A stretch of DNA of 32,537 nucleotides from a virus, in UHGV virus genome UHGV-0139594, one strand, 5' to 3'. A program made the translations under genes and the position numbers. The notes below the pieces were generated by a model that made no database searches, had not been told where the DNA came from, and saw only the letters and a list, made by a program, of their open reading frames with translations. Positions 16,497-26,250 of the stretch are shown in pieces (position 1 is the first letter of the stretch; the number at the start of each line of letters is the position of its first letter).

Positions 16497-17344
16497 GCCG
16501 GAAATCTTACCCCAACGTAAATGCAGCCAATCAGTATGCCCGTCATGTCGTGCGCGGAAAGATTGTGGCCTGCCAGTTTGTGATTCAGGCCTGCCAGCGC
16601 CATCTTGATGACCTGATGGCGGAAAAAAGTAAGTCGTTTCGTTACCGCTTCGACAAGGACCTGGCTGAACGGGCCGCGAAATTTATTCAGCTGTTGCCGC
16701 ACACCAAGGGTGAGTGGGCATTCAAACGGATGCCCATCACGCTGGAGCCGTGGCAGCTATTTGTGATCTGCTGTGCGTTTGGCTGGGTCAATAAAGGCAC
16801 CCGGTTGCGCCGCTTCCGGGAGGTGTATACCGAAATCCCCCGTAAGAACGGCAAATCAGCAATCTCTGCCGGTGTTGCCCTGTATTGTTTTGCCTGTGAT
16901 AACGAGTTTGGCGCGGAAGTGTATTCCGGTGCCACGACAGAGAAACAGGCGTGGGAAGTCTTTCGCCCGGCGCGACTGATGTGTAAACGCACACCCATGC
17001 TGACGGAAGCGTTCGGGATTGAGGTTAACGCCTCAAACATGAACCGTCCGGAGGATGGCGCGCGGTTTGAACCGCTGATCGGTAACCCCGGTGATGGTTC
17101 ATCACCCCACTGTGCGGTGGTGGATGAATATCACGAGCACGCCACCGATGCGCTTTATACCACGATGCTTACCGGGATGGGGGCGCGACGTCAGCCACTG
17201 ATGTGGGCCATCACCACCGCCGGGTACAACATTGAGGGGCCGTGCTACGACAAGCGGCGGGAAGTTATCGAGATGCTCAACGGTTCGGTAACCCTGCGCA
17301 CATTATCGGTTATGGATCGGTGTTTGACTGTCGTTCTGAGCTGA
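16493..17344 (+). pseudogene. Terminase large subunit, truncated after the ATPase domain
   Basis: Walker B-like AVVDEYHEH and ITTAG motif present, but ORF is only 283 aa. Its last ~36 codons are an out-of-frame read of the prohead protease gene. No nuclease domain and no portal gene follow. Confidence 0.65.
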
Positions 17345-17832
17345 TATTTGGTTCATTCCGCGAAATCATCCGGCCCGGCGCTTTTGACGATGTGCTTGGT
17401 GATGATGTACGCGCACTGTTTAACCACGATCCTAATTTTATTCTTGGGCGTAGTGCAGCAGGCACGCTGAATCTTTCAGTTGATGAGCGCGGATTGCGCT
17501 ATGACATCCAGGCTCCGGAGACACAGACCATTCGTGATCTGGTGCTGGCCCCGATGCAACGTGGAGATATTAACCAGTCATCTTTTGCTTTCCGTGTCGC
17601 CCGTGACGGCGAGGAGTGGTATCAGGATGAGGACGGGGTTGTTATTCGCGAGATAACCCGCTTTTCCCGTCTGCTGGATGTCAGTCCTGTGACATATCCT
17701 GCCTATCAGGAGGCTGACTCGGCTGTTCGCTCCATGAAAGCATGGCAGGAGGCGCGCAACAGCGGCGCGCTACAGAAAGCCATTAATCAACGTATGGCGC
17801 GTGAGCGCGTCCTGACCCTTCTTAACGCGTAA
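17242..17832 (+). CDS. Prohead protease, HK97 family
   Basis: [10 protein letters not shown]...[12 protein letters not shown]...ALFNHD...[21 protein letters not shown] matches HK97 gp4-type protease motifs. Frame opens only at 17236, so start (GTG 17242) is uncertain. Confidence 0.75.
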   Translation: MLRQAAGSYRDAQRFGNPAHIIGYGSVFDCRSELIFGSFREIIRPGAFDDVLGDDVRALFNHDPNFILGRSAAGTLNLSVDERGLRYDIQAPETQTIRDLVLAPMQRGDINQSSFAFRVARDGEEWYQDEDGVVIREITRFSRLLDVSPVTYPAYQEADSAVRSMKAWQEARNSGALQKAINQRMARERVLTLLNA

Positions 17833-17842
17833 AGGAAACATC

Positions 17843-19072
17843 ATGAAACTGCATGAACTGAAACAGAAACGTAATACTATCGCAACTGACATGCGTGCCC
17901 TGAATGAAAAAATTGGTGATAACGCATGGACGGAAGAGCAGCGCACTGAGTGGAACAAAGCAAAATCCGAACTGGAAGCGCTTGATGAACGAATTGCACG
18001 CGAAGAAGAACTGCGTCGTCAGGATCAGGCGTACATTGAAAGCAATGAGGAAGAGCAGCGTCAGAATCTTGATCCGGAAAACAATCCGCAACAGGATGAG
18101 AAACGAGCTCAGGTTTTTGATAAGTGGATGCGTCACGGTGCCAGTGAGCTGACATCAGAAGAACGAAAGGCGTTGCGTGAACTTCGTGCCCAGGGCGTAG
18201 CTCAGGATGAAAAGGGCGGATATACCGTACCAGAAACATTCCTGGCGAAAGTTGTTGAGAAGATGAAATCCTACGGTGGCATCGCCAGTGTGGCGCAGAT
18301 TCTTACCACTTCAGACGGTCGCACTATGGAGTGGGCAACAGCTGATGGTACTTCCGAAGTTGGTGTTCTGCTGGGCGAAAATGAAGAAGCCGGTGAAGAA
18401 GACACCGATTTCGGTATGGGAAGCCTTGGGGCGCTCAAAATGACATCGAAAATAATTCGTGTGTCTAATGAGTTGCTGCAGGACAGTGCGATCGATATGG
18501 AAGCTTATCTTGCCCGTCGCATTGCTGAACGTATTGGTCGTGGTGAAGCCCGTTATCTGATTCAGGGGACGGGGGCTGGTACGCCTAAACAACCCAAAGG
18601 GCTGGCAGCATCAGTGACCGGCACAACACAGACTGCCGCGGCAAATGCGGTGAAGTGGCAGGAAATTCTGGCTCTGAAACACAGCATTGATCCTGCATAT
18701 CGTCGCGGACCGAAATTCCGCCTGGCGTTTAACGATAATACGCTGAAACTGATCAGTGAGATGGAAGACGGTCAGGGACGCCCTTTATGGTTGCCGGATA
18801 TTGTTGGTGTGGCACCTGCTTCAGTGTTGAATGTACCGTATGTCATTGATCAGGAAATTGATGATATCGGGGCGGGTAAAAAATTCATGTTCTGTGGTGA
18901 CTTTGATCGCTTCATTATCCGTCGTGTGCGATACATGATTCTTAAACGTCTGGTTGAGCGTTACGCGGAATATGATCAGACCGGTTTTCTGGCCTTCCAT
19001 CGTTTTGACTGTATCCTGGAAGACACCTCTGCCATTAAAGCGCTGGTGGGGAAAGGTAGCGTTGGTGGTTGA
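17843..19072 (+). CDS. Major capsid protein, HK97 fold, with N-terminal coiled-coil delta (scaffold) domain
   Basis: 409 aa; N-terminal ~120 aa charged coiled coil; follows protease. Confidence 0.85.
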   Translation: MKLHELKQKRNTIATDMRALNEKIGDNAWTEEQRTEWNKAKSELEALDERIAREEELRRQDQAYIESNEEEQRQNLDPENNPQQDEKRAQVFDKWMRHGASELTSEERKALRELRAQGVAQDEKGGYTVPETFLAKVVEKMKSYGGIASVAQILTTSDGRTMEWATADGTSEVGVLLGENEEAGEEDTDFGMGSLGALKMTSKIIRVSNELLQDSAIDMEAYLARRIAERIGRGEARYLIQGTGAGTPKQPKGLAASVTGTTQTAAANAVKWQEILALKHSIDPAYRRGPKFRLAFNDNTLKLISEMEDGQGRPLWLPDIVGVAPASVLNVPYVIDQEIDDIGAGKKFMFCGDFDRFIIRRVRYMILKRLVERYAEYDQTGFLAFHRFDCILEDTSAIKALVGKGSVGG

Positions 19073-19150
19073 TTAGTCTTTTTACGTAATACAGCACGCC
19101 GCGTAATGCGGTTTTTTTGTGCCCGCGTTCTGGCGGGCACAGGAGGTTTT

Positions 19151-19474
19151 ATGCTGTTAAAAATGGAAGAGATTAAGCTTCAGCTTCGTCTGGATGATGA
19201 TTTCTCTGATGAAGATGAGTTGCTTGAACTACTTGGGAAGGCCGCTCAGAGTCGGACGGAAAACTTCCTTAACCGTACGTTGTATGCAACCGCAGATGAC
19301 AGGCCTGCGGATGATCCTGATGGGCTTGTGATATCTGATGATGTGAAGCTGGCGCTCCTGCTACTTGTCAGCCATTTCTACGAAAACCGCTCAACGGTTA
19401 CAGACGTTGAGAAAATGGAGTTGCCAATGAGCTTTAACTGGTTGGTTGCTCCTTATCGCCTTATACCACTATGA
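19151..19474 (+). CDS. Head-tail connector protein (gp6-like)
   Basis: AGGAGG RBS; MLLKMEEIKLQLRLDDDFSDEDELLELLGKAAQ matches the gp6-like head-tail connector signature. Confidence 0.75.
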   Translation: MLLKMEEIKLQLRLDDDFSDEDELLELLGKAAQSRTENFLNRTLYATADDRPADDPDGLVISDDVKLALLLLVSHFYENRSTVTDVEKMELPMSFNWLVAPYRLIPL

Positions 19475-19881
19475 AAATTCGTCAGGCGCAGACCAGCGCA
19501 ACCTACATTCTGCCTGACCCAGGCGAGCTGAATAAACGCGTCCTGATCCGCCAGCGGGTGGATATGCCCGTGGATAACTTTGGCGTGGAGCCTCAATACC
19601 CGGTTGCGTTCCGGGCATGGGCGAAGGTTATCCAGACCAGTGCCACCACCTGGCAGGAAACCGCGCAGATCGGAGATGCCATCACCCATTACATCACCAT
19701 TCGCTACCGCCGGGGGATCACTGCTGATTATGAGGTGGTCTGTGATGACAGTGTGTACCGGGTGAAACGTCAGCGTGATCTGAACGGGGCGCGGCGCTTT
19801 CTGCTGCTGGAGTGTACGGAACTGGGTGCCGAAGAACAAATGGGAGGACGCAGTGGAGCAGACAGCATTTTTACACGTTGA
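19471..19881 (+). CDS. Head-tail adaptor / head closure protein
   Basis: Size and position in the HK97-like head completion module; ATGA overlap with upstream gene. Confidence 0.65.
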   Translation: MKIRQAQTSATYILPDPGELNKRVLIRQRVDMPVDNFGVEPQYPVAFRAWAKVIQTSATTWQETAQIGDAITHYITIRYRRGITADYEVVCDDSVYRVKRQRDLNGARRFLLLECTELGAEEQMGGRSGADSIFTR

Positions 19882-20377
19882 TTTCAAACAACCGGAGGAG
19901 ATGGAGTTTAATCGTGCCAGGCTCCGAAGGGCATTTGTTCAAATCGGGCGTGTCTATATGCGTGATGCCCGGCGGCTGGTGATGCGACGTGGTCGGTCTG
20001 CTCCAGGTGAAAACCCCGGCTATCAGACCGGACGACTTGCGCGTTCTATAGGTTATTACGTCCCCCGTAAAAGCTCCCGTCGTTCTGGCCTGATGGTCAG
20101 AATTTCCCCTAACCAGAAAAACGGGCAGGGTAACCGGCGTTTTCCTGAAGGTTCTGCGTATTATCCGGCGTTTCTGTATTACGGTGTGCGTCATGCCGCA
20201 TACGGGATGAGCAAAAAGGATAAGCGCCAGAAAAAGCAGCATTCATCCCGCTGGCGGCTGGCACCACGTAATAACTTTATGGCTGATGTCATCGACCAGC
20301 GTCGTTACTGGACACAAAAGTTACTGTCCCGTGAGTTACAGCGGTCATTACGTCCTGTAAGAAGGAAAAAAACATGA
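19853..20377 (+). CDS. HK97 gp10-family tail component
   Basis: Position and basic composition. GTG 19853 preceded by GGGAGG; other starts at 19826 or 19901 are possible. Confidence 0.55.
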   Translation: MEQTAFLHVDFKQPEEMEFNRARLRRAFVQIGRVYMRDARRLVMRRGRSAPGENPGYQTGRLARSIGYYVPRKSSRRSGLMVRISPNQKNGQGNRRFPEGSAYYPAFLYYGVRHAAYGMSKKDKRQKKQHSSRWRLAPRNNFMADVIDQRRYWTQKLLSRELQRSLRPVRRKKT

Positions 20378-20934
20378 AACTGACGCCTGTTATTGCTGCG
20401 CTGCGTGCCCGCTGCCCGTATTTTGAAAACCGGGTGGCAGGTGCGGCCCAGTTCAAAAATCTGCCGGAGGTCGGAAAGCTGAAACTCCCGGCGGCATATG
20501 TGGTACCGGGGGATGATTCTCCGGGAGAAAACAAAAGCCAGACCGACTACTGGCAGGAACTGAAAGAGGGCTTCTCCGTGATTGTCATACTGAGTAACGG
20601 GCGTGATGAGCGCGGTCAGTTTGCCTCGTATGATGTGGTGGACGATGTCCGGCAGATGCTCTTTAAGGCCCTGCTGGGCTGGAACCCGGAAGCGTGCGGT
20701 AACCCGATTACCTATGACGGCGGCACGCTGCTGGATCTGAATCGTCATGAGCTGATTTATCAGTTCGATTTTTCGGTCATCAGCGAGCTGACCGAAGACG
20801 ATACCCGCCAGCAGGATGAGCTGAACAGTCTGGATGAACTGCGAACGCTGGCGATTGATGTTGATTATCTCGATCCCGGTAACGGGCCTGACGGCGATAT
20901 CGAACATCACACCGAAATACCCCTTCCTTCCTGA
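20374..20934 (+). CDS. Putative tail completion/terminator protein (found upstream of Mu-like sheath genes)
   Basis: ATGA overlap with upstream gene; position upstream of the sheath. Confidence 0.55.
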   Translation: MKLTPVIAALRARCPYFENRVAGAAQFKNLPEVGKLKLPAAYVVPGDDSPGENKSQTDYWQELKEGFSVIVILSNGRDERGQFASYDVVDDVRQMLFKALLGWNPEACGNPITYDGGTLLDLNRHELIYQFDFSVISELTEDDTRQQDELNSLDELRTLAIDVDYLDPGNGPDGDIEHHTEIPLPS

Positions 20935-20942
20935 GAATCTTC

Positions 20943-21113
20943 ATGTTTGTGAAACCTGTTAAAGGGCGGTCAGTGCCTGACCCTGCCCGCGGTGACCTTT
21001 TGCCCACCGAAGGGCGAAATGTTGATGAGAACAACTACTGGCTGCGCCGTGAAGCAGCGGGTGATATCCGGCGCGTGAATAAAAAGGTGAACACCGATGA
21101 CGATAAGCTTTAA
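20943..21113 (+). CDS. Small conserved protein preceding the tail sheath (DUF2635-like, 56 aa)
   Basis: MFVKPVKGRSVPDPARGDLLPTEGRNVDENNYWLRREAAGDIRRV; below the 60-aa track cutoff; overlaps the sheath start. Confidence 0.6.
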   Translation: MFVKPVKGRSVPDPARGDLLPTEGRNVDENNYWLRREAAGDIRRVNKKVNTDDDKL

Positions 21114-22344
21114 CACCATTCCGTCGAATACGCTGGTTCCGCTGTTTTATGCGGAAATGGATAACTCGGCGGCGAATACTGCACAGGACAGCGGGGCATC
21201 GTTGCTGATTGGTCACGCCAATAACGGTGCAGAGATTGTTGCCAACAGTCTGGTGCTGATGCCGTCGGCAGACTATGCACGCCAGATTTGTGGTGCGGGA
21301 AGTCAGCTGGCGCGTATGGTCGAGGCTTATCGCCAGACCGATCCGTTTGGCGAGCTGTATGTGATTGCCGTTCCGGAAGCCACAGGCGCGGCGGCAACGG
21401 TTACGCTGACGGTGACCGGAGCAGCAACCGAAACCGGCACGGTGAATGTTTATGTGGGACGTACCCGCGTGCAGGCACCGGTGACCAACGGCGATAACGT
21501 CACGACGATTGCCAGCAGTATCCAGGATGCCATCAATGCCGTTCCGGCCCTGCCGTTTACGGCCTCATCTTCGGCAGGCGTGGTCACGCTGACCGCGCGT
21601 CATAAGGGGCTTTGCGGGAATGAAATTCCTGTCAGCCTCAATTACTACGGCTTTGGTGGGGGCGAAGTGCTGCCAGCGGGCGTACAGATTGCCGTGGCGA
21701 CGGGGAGCGCCGGAACGGGCGCTCCGGTTCTCACCGGTGCGGTGGCTGCAATGGCGGATGAGCCGTTTGATTATATTGGCTTGCCGTTCAACGACACGGC
21801 CTCCGTTAACACGCTGGTGACCGAGATGAACGATACCAGCGGTCGCTGGAGCTATGCGCGTCAGCTGTATGGTCATGTGTATACGGCAAAGATCGGCACG
21901 CTGTCAGAACTGGTGACCGCAGGTGACCAGTTTAACCAGCAGCACATTACCCTGGCGGGATACGAAAAAGACACTCAGACGCCAGCCGACGAGCTGGCGG
22001 CAAGCCGTACCGCCCGCGCAGCGGTGTTTATTCGCAACGATCCGGCACGTCCCACGCAGACCGGTGAGCTGGTGGGTATGCTGCCTGCACCGAAGGGGAA
22101 ACGGTTCACGATGACCGAGCAACAGACCCTGCTGTCTCATGGCGTGGCAACGGCGTATGTCGAAAGTGGGGTAAACGCTCTACGTGGCATACACAACGAT
22201 TTACAAGAGCTAAACGAAAGGCTTTACCGTGGTTTTAGCCTGACCGTCGAGGAAGTCGAGATCACCTTGTCCGGCATATTCAGATTCAACTTTCAGGCCC
22301 AGCAGCGCGGTAATCAGATCCACTTCAACACGGTTTGCGTGTGA
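21097..22344 (+). CDS. Contractile tail sheath protein (Mu gpL-like), probably 3'-truncated
   Basis: MTISFNTIPSNTLVPLFYAEMDNS ... GSQLARM ... VTLTARHKGLCGNEIPVSLNYYG match Mu-like sheath signatures. Protein is 415 aa against an expected ~490, and the sheath-like sequence seems to stop near 22150. Confidence 0.7.
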   Translation: MTISFNTIPSNTLVPLFYAEMDNSAANTAQDSGASLLIGHANNGAEIVANSLVLMPSADYARQICGAGSQLARMVEAYRQTDPFGELYVIAVPEATGAAATVTLTVTGAATETGTVNVYVGRTRVQAPVTNGDNVTTIASSIQDAINAVPALPFTASSSAGVVTLTARHKGLCGNEIPVSLNYYGFGGGEVLPAGVQIAVATGSAGTGAPVLTGAVAAMADEPFDYIGLPFNDTASVNTLVTEMNDTSGRWSYARQLYGHVYTAKIGTLSELVTAGDQFNQQHITLAGYEKDTQTPADELAASRTARAAVFIRNDPARPTQTGELVGMLPAPKGKRFTMTEQQTLLSHGVATAYVESGVNALRGIHNDLQELNERLYRGFSLTVEEVEITLSGIFRFNFQAQQRGNQIHFNTVCV

Positions 22345-22716
22345 ACGGTAATGAGCCTCAGAGAAATCATTAACCGCTACCAGCATAGCATCAGAACGGT
22401 TTGGATATTGGCGGCTGTATTGTTCCAGGTCACGAGAAGTAACAGCGTTAATACTGCCGACGTGTTTCATCTGGAAAAGTTTGTTTGACCATTCCTGACG
22501 TTTAGAGGCGTTCCAGTCGCTTTGAGCGTAAGGCGAGGTTTCCCCAGCTACCTGCACAAACTGATCAATCAGGTCGGTAAGAAGAATGCTGTTTTCTGTA
22601 TGATATTGCACATCGAACAGATCGAGATTAGTAATCAGGGTATTAAGTGCATTCTCATAAGCAAAAGGAGTTACTACCGCAGTATTAACGCCAAAATATG
22701 TTGATAAATCATTCAT
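22210..22716 (-). CDS. Hypothetical protein (168 aa), last gene of a minus-strand operon
   Basis: ORF in a 3-gene minus-strand cluster; its 3' end overlaps the sheath ORF tail. No confident homology. Confidence 0.45.
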   Translation of the reverse strand: MNDLSTYFGVNTAVVTPFAYENALNTLITNLDLFDVQYHTENSILLTDLIDQFVQVAGETSPYAQSDWNASKRQEWSNKLFQMKHVGSINAVTSRDLEQYSRQYPNRSDAMLVAVNDFSEAHYRSHANRVEVDLITALLGLKVESEYAGQGDLDFLDGQAKTTVKPFV

Positions 22717-22730
22717 TATTATTTTCCTTG

Positions 22731-23114
22731 TTAAGTCGTAGGGATCGCAAGTTCTTCATAACTAGCAATTACAAAGCCGAGAGATTGCAGTTTTGCAATA
22801 ACACTTGCCTTTTCCATGCTGTTAAATTCAATCCCATCTTCAGCCAGAATAACGAAAGTAGGATGTGCAACCACTACGCTTTCCTGTCCTTCATAAGCCG
22901 GTTCAACTACTACGTGAGCAATATCAGATGCGGTTGTTGCTTTGGTGCCATCGGCTTTCAGCAAAGCCCCGACAATAAGATCGTCAGTGAGAGGTGAAGC
23001 CAGTTTGACGAGGCGATCTTGCAGCACCGGATCAGCAGCGTAAGCTACTACCTTACAGCGTGAACGGGAGTTATCCGCATTCACTACTTTTAATTTTCCA
23101 TATGGGTTAGCCAT
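22731..23114 (-). CDS. Hypothetical protein (127 aa)
   Basis: ORF in the same operon. Weak resemblance to head-decoration-type proteins (ADGTKATTASDIAHVVVE), not reliable. Confidence 0.45.
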   Translation of the reverse strand: MANPYGKLKVVNADNSRSRCKVVAYAADPVLQDRLVKLASPLTDDLIVGALLKADGTKATTASDIAHVVVEPAYEGQESVVVAHPTFVILAEDGIEFNSMEKASVIAKLQSLGFVIASYEELAIPTT

Positions 23115-23118
23115 AAGA

Positions 23119-23316
23119 TTATTTTCCTTTCAGTTGTTTAATTTTAGATTTAAGGGCATCAGCAAGACTAACCGCATCAGCCGATTTAAATAATTGAGCA
23201 GTGGTAGAACGAAGACTTTCGGGAGTAACTCCCAACAGTGCGGCAACCTTAATGAGGTTTTCATCACTAACAATCATCGTTTCCCCGTCTTTGCTGATAA
23301 TCATTTCTTGTTTCAT
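23119..23316 (-). CDS. Hypothetical small protein (65 aa)
   Basis: Start taken at the internal ATG (MKQEMIISKDG) with an AGGAA-type RBS; first gene of the cluster. Confidence 0.4.
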   Translation of the reverse strand: MKQEMIISKDGETMIVSDENLIKVAALLGVTPESLRSTTAQLFKSADAVSLADALKSKIKQLKGK

Positions 23317-24300
23317 AAATAACGTTCCTGTTAGTGCCAGACAAATAAAAAGCCCCAATGCCGTAAGAGGTTAATTCTGACCAGCAAAGGGGCTTTAACG
23401 TGCGGGCAATTACATAATTGATAAGTTAAACTATAAGAGGATTAAACATATCAGCAAATACACTTTTTAAATATACTTGATGATATGCTTAAAGGGTGAA
23501 TAGATACTCCTGAAAACATGCTCTTAGGAAAACATGCGGAATCAATCAGGAATATCTATTCGGGGCGCGGTGGCCAACCGCTATCTTTCATGGTGTGGAT
23601 GCACCAGTCAGATTTTAAGGAATCACTATTCCAATCTACTCACAGATTAAATTTTTAATAATGATTAACTACACCAACAGTAATCTACCGTTTCAGAAAA
23701 TCGTTTTTACAACCAAAGCTTATAGATCCGCATTCTATAAAACCCGTTTTGCTATCAATATTTCCAAAGTTTATTGCACCATTCTTAGCTAAACTCTCTC
23801 TGCTTGCGGCTAACGCTATGCAGATGATTGTTTTTGACAACAACTTAATAGATTGTTCTGTTACTAACTTCTGTCATTAAATAATAGTTTAATGATGTTA
23901 GTAAATAGTTATAAAATATAACTATCAGTGTAAGGCTCTTTAATATTTTCTGACAAAATAAGGAGCTTTAGGATAAGCATAGATGAAAAATAAGAGCGGG
24001 AAGGGCAAGGAGATAACACCTACCCGCTTTTATCAAAATTAAGCACAATGCCTAACAACATTCATCAACACAACGTAGAAACAATCAACAATCAAAGAGG
24101 GAGTTATGATTATTCTAAAACTTCTTGAGAGATGGAAGGTAATATTTGTTAGAGGTTAATGCCACTCAACCTTTGAGGCTATCACCTTCCATATGCAGGG
24201 ATTTATGACAGTAGAAGGATTAACACCAGTCAAAACCTTTTTATCTACCCCTAATATCATTATATAATGAAATCGTTATAAATGCAAATGATTTTCATTA

Positions 24301-24609
24301 TCATTTAGAGAAAATAGCACTTTTTGCTAAATCGTCTACTAATTGCTGAATCTCTTCACTTGCAGCCTTTAACGTGCTGGCGGTGTCTGTGATGGTTTGA
24401 GTGCACATCTTGGCATCGTCCTCAATTAGCTCTAAATCGCTCACCAGAGAGATAAAATCGTCAAGGCTTACATTCACCTTCATTAAGCTAATAACGCATT
24501 GAGAGAGCGTGTAATCGCATAAATCTGAATAGGCTTGATTTATTCTTGTTTGTAGTGAGATAGTCAGATCTAAAAGTTGTTCCATTGCATTGCTAATATC
24601 TTCTTCCAT
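24301..24609 (-). CDS. Hypothetical acidic protein (102 aa)
   Basis: AAGGAG RBS; start overlaps upstream stop (TAATG); AT-rich. Confidence 0.5.
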   Translation of the reverse strand: MEEDISNAMEQLLDLTISLQTRINQAYSDLCDYTLSQCVISLMKVNVSLDDFISLVSDLELIEDDAKMCTQTITDTASTLKAASEEIQQLVDDLAKSAIFSK

Positions 24610-24854
24610 TATGCGGCTTCTCCTTGTAATGCATCATTAATCATATTCAATACGATGTTAAAAGGTGTCTTGAGCGTCAGCACTTCATCACGATAACGCT
24701 CTAATGCTTCGTAGTCTTCTGTTTCTTTTGCCAGTCGGATTAACTCAGCATAGTTTTTTGCATCAGACAGGATCATCTGAAATAATTGTGTTTCTTGAAT
24801 ATAGCCAATCATTATTTTTCCTTTTTCGAATATTTTCATTGGGCGCTTATACAT
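24609..24854 (-). CDS. Hypothetical protein (81 aa or shorter)
   Basis: Coupled to downstream gene; alternative start at internal Met with AAAGGA RBS. Confidence 0.45.
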   Translation of the reverse strand: MYKRPMKIFEKGKIMIGYIQETQLFQMILSDAKNYAELIRLAKETEDYEALERYRDEVLTLKTPFNIVLNMINDALQGEAA

Positions 24855-24869
24855 ACACCCATCATTTTA

Positions 24870-25253
24870 TTAGTTAGAACGTTTGTTAGAAGCTAATGTA
24901 TCTTCTAAATGAGCCATCAGATCGACTTCCGATGCACCACCTACACAATTATTGAAAGCGTTAAATCCCAAAAAATGATGATAGGAGCTAAACCCTAAAA
25001 GTTGCCAACGCTTCAGAGTGCCATCAGAAATTATTGTTTGTTTTCTTGTTCTTGGGCGAAAGTAAACGCCTGGCATTGACTGGATTATTTCTAATTCTTT
25101 ATTACTTAATTCAGGGGATTCTATTTCAAGAATAAATATTATCTCTTCCCCTGGAATTTCATTATTGGTATGTGTCGGTGGACGTTGTCTTTTTGAATTG
25201 AAATTACTGTTTTTTTCAATACGTTTTAAGTTATTCTTTTTCTTTCTTCCCAT
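24870..25253 (-). CDS. Hypothetical protein with basic N-terminus (127 aa)
   Basis: AAGAGGG RBS; N-terminal Lys/Arg-rich segment MGRKKKNNLKRIEKN. Confidence 0.5.
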   Translation of the reverse strand: MGRKKKNNLKRIEKNSNFNSKRQRPPTHTNNEIPGEEIIFILEIESPELSNKELEIIQSMPGVYFRPRTRKQTIISDGTLKRWQLLGFSSYHHFLGFNAFNNCVGGASEVDLMAHLEDTLASNKRSN

Positions 25254-25627
25254 TTTCCCTCTTTTTATGTGGATTATAAAAACTTAATGCCATTGTTACG
25301 ATGAATATCGCCATAAATGCATTTGCCATATGTATTGCCCGATCTGTTGTTATTGATTGTTTGTGAGAAACAATTCAAAATCTTTGTTTAATTTCAAAAG
25401 ACGAAATGTAGTGCTGTTAATCCCTTCATAATCCAGCACACCGAACGATGTAAAATGATTTAACCAACAATTTCTGATAGTGCGCTGTAGCCGCCTAAAC
25501 TACAAAAGCTAACCACTGTCGGTGGTGAAAACTCTATTTCCAAAATAGCTTTTAAAATGTTGTATCCGCTTTCAGTTATTTCAATAGTTTTGTTTCCTAT
25601 AGTGATGTTATAAGTCATTTATTCTCC

Positions 25628-26221
25628 TTAGAAGGGTAGTGAATCATATATTGTGCTCTCACTTTTGAGATCAATTATCAAAGAGTCAAAATCATTTTCA
25701 CAAAGATAGATATTCTTTGAATCTAATGCTCGTTTTACAAAATCTTCTGTTTCTTCGTGCGGTGGTTTCTTCTTATCAAGGGAAAGAAGCCAAGTAAAAA
25801 TTTCGGGCCGCTCAGGGAACTCTGGCTCTTGTGTTTCTTCTTCAACGATGATTTCGGAAACATTCAATATTTCATTAGATTCGTCTTCTTTCTCAGAAGG
25901 ATCAGGTAGTGATGATTCTCCTTTTGGAATATCAAGCACTCGATAAAGGTTAGAGCTTCCTGGTCGTGCATCTTTTATAATTAATCCCATTTCGAGCAAT
26001 TTCTTAACCCTTTCTTCTGCTGCTCTTGGTGTTATGCCAAAAACATCGCCTATCTTAGCGTAAGAGGGAAATGCACGATCAAACCCTCTCAGATAGCAGT
26101 AAAGGTTTTTAGCACTATCTGTAAATTTATGCCCGTTTACTTGGCTTATTTTTAGAATCCACATAGGAACTTTTACAAATTGTTCTTCATTAATCATTAA
26201 AAATCTCCTTGATGTAATCAC
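25628..26221 (-). CDS. Rep-like winged-helix protein (putative replication initiator of an iteron replicon)
   Basis: N-terminal wHTH (NLYCYLRGF...SYAKIGDVFGITPRAAEERVKKLLEMGLI) resembling replication-initiator DNA-binding domains; acidic C-terminal half; iteron array about 1.2 kb upstream. Confidence 0.55.
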   Translation of the reverse strand: MITSRRFLMINEEQFVKVPMWILKISQVNGHKFTDSAKNLYCYLRGFDRAFPSYAKIGDVFGITPRAAEERVKKLLEMGLIIKDARPGSSNLYRVLDIPKGESSLPDPSEKEDESNEILNVSEIIVEEETQEPEFPERPEIFTWLLSLDKKKPPHEETEDFVKRALDSKNIYLCENDFDSLIIDLKSESTIYDSLPF

Positions 26222-26250
26222 GCTCTACGGCGCTACTATGGTGATAAAAA

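Noticed and set aside
16262-17040. Minus-strand ORFs 16262..16702 and 16687..17040 antisense to the terminase genes
   Set aside because: Antisense to terS and terL, which have clear family signatures; no independent support.
17233-17344. Programmed frameshift joining terL and the downstream frame
   Set aside because: The downstream frame is the prohead protease, not a terminase nuclease domain, and a portal gene is missing; a deletion explains this better.
17822-18239. Minus-strand ORFs antisense to the major capsid gene
   Set aside because: Embedded in the delta-domain coding region of the capsid gene; low-complexity translation.
20305-20910. 201-aa minus-strand ORF antisense to the tail completion gene
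   Set aside because: Antisense to a plus-strand gene that is part of a translationally coupled chain; typical spurious ORF in GC-balanced coding DNA.
155-22150. Calling the whole prophage P22-like
   Set aside because: Only the integrase/excisionase and att site are P22-type. The head module is HK97-like with a cos-type HNH/terminase arrangement, and the tail gene is a Mu-like contractile sheath, so the element is a mosaic.
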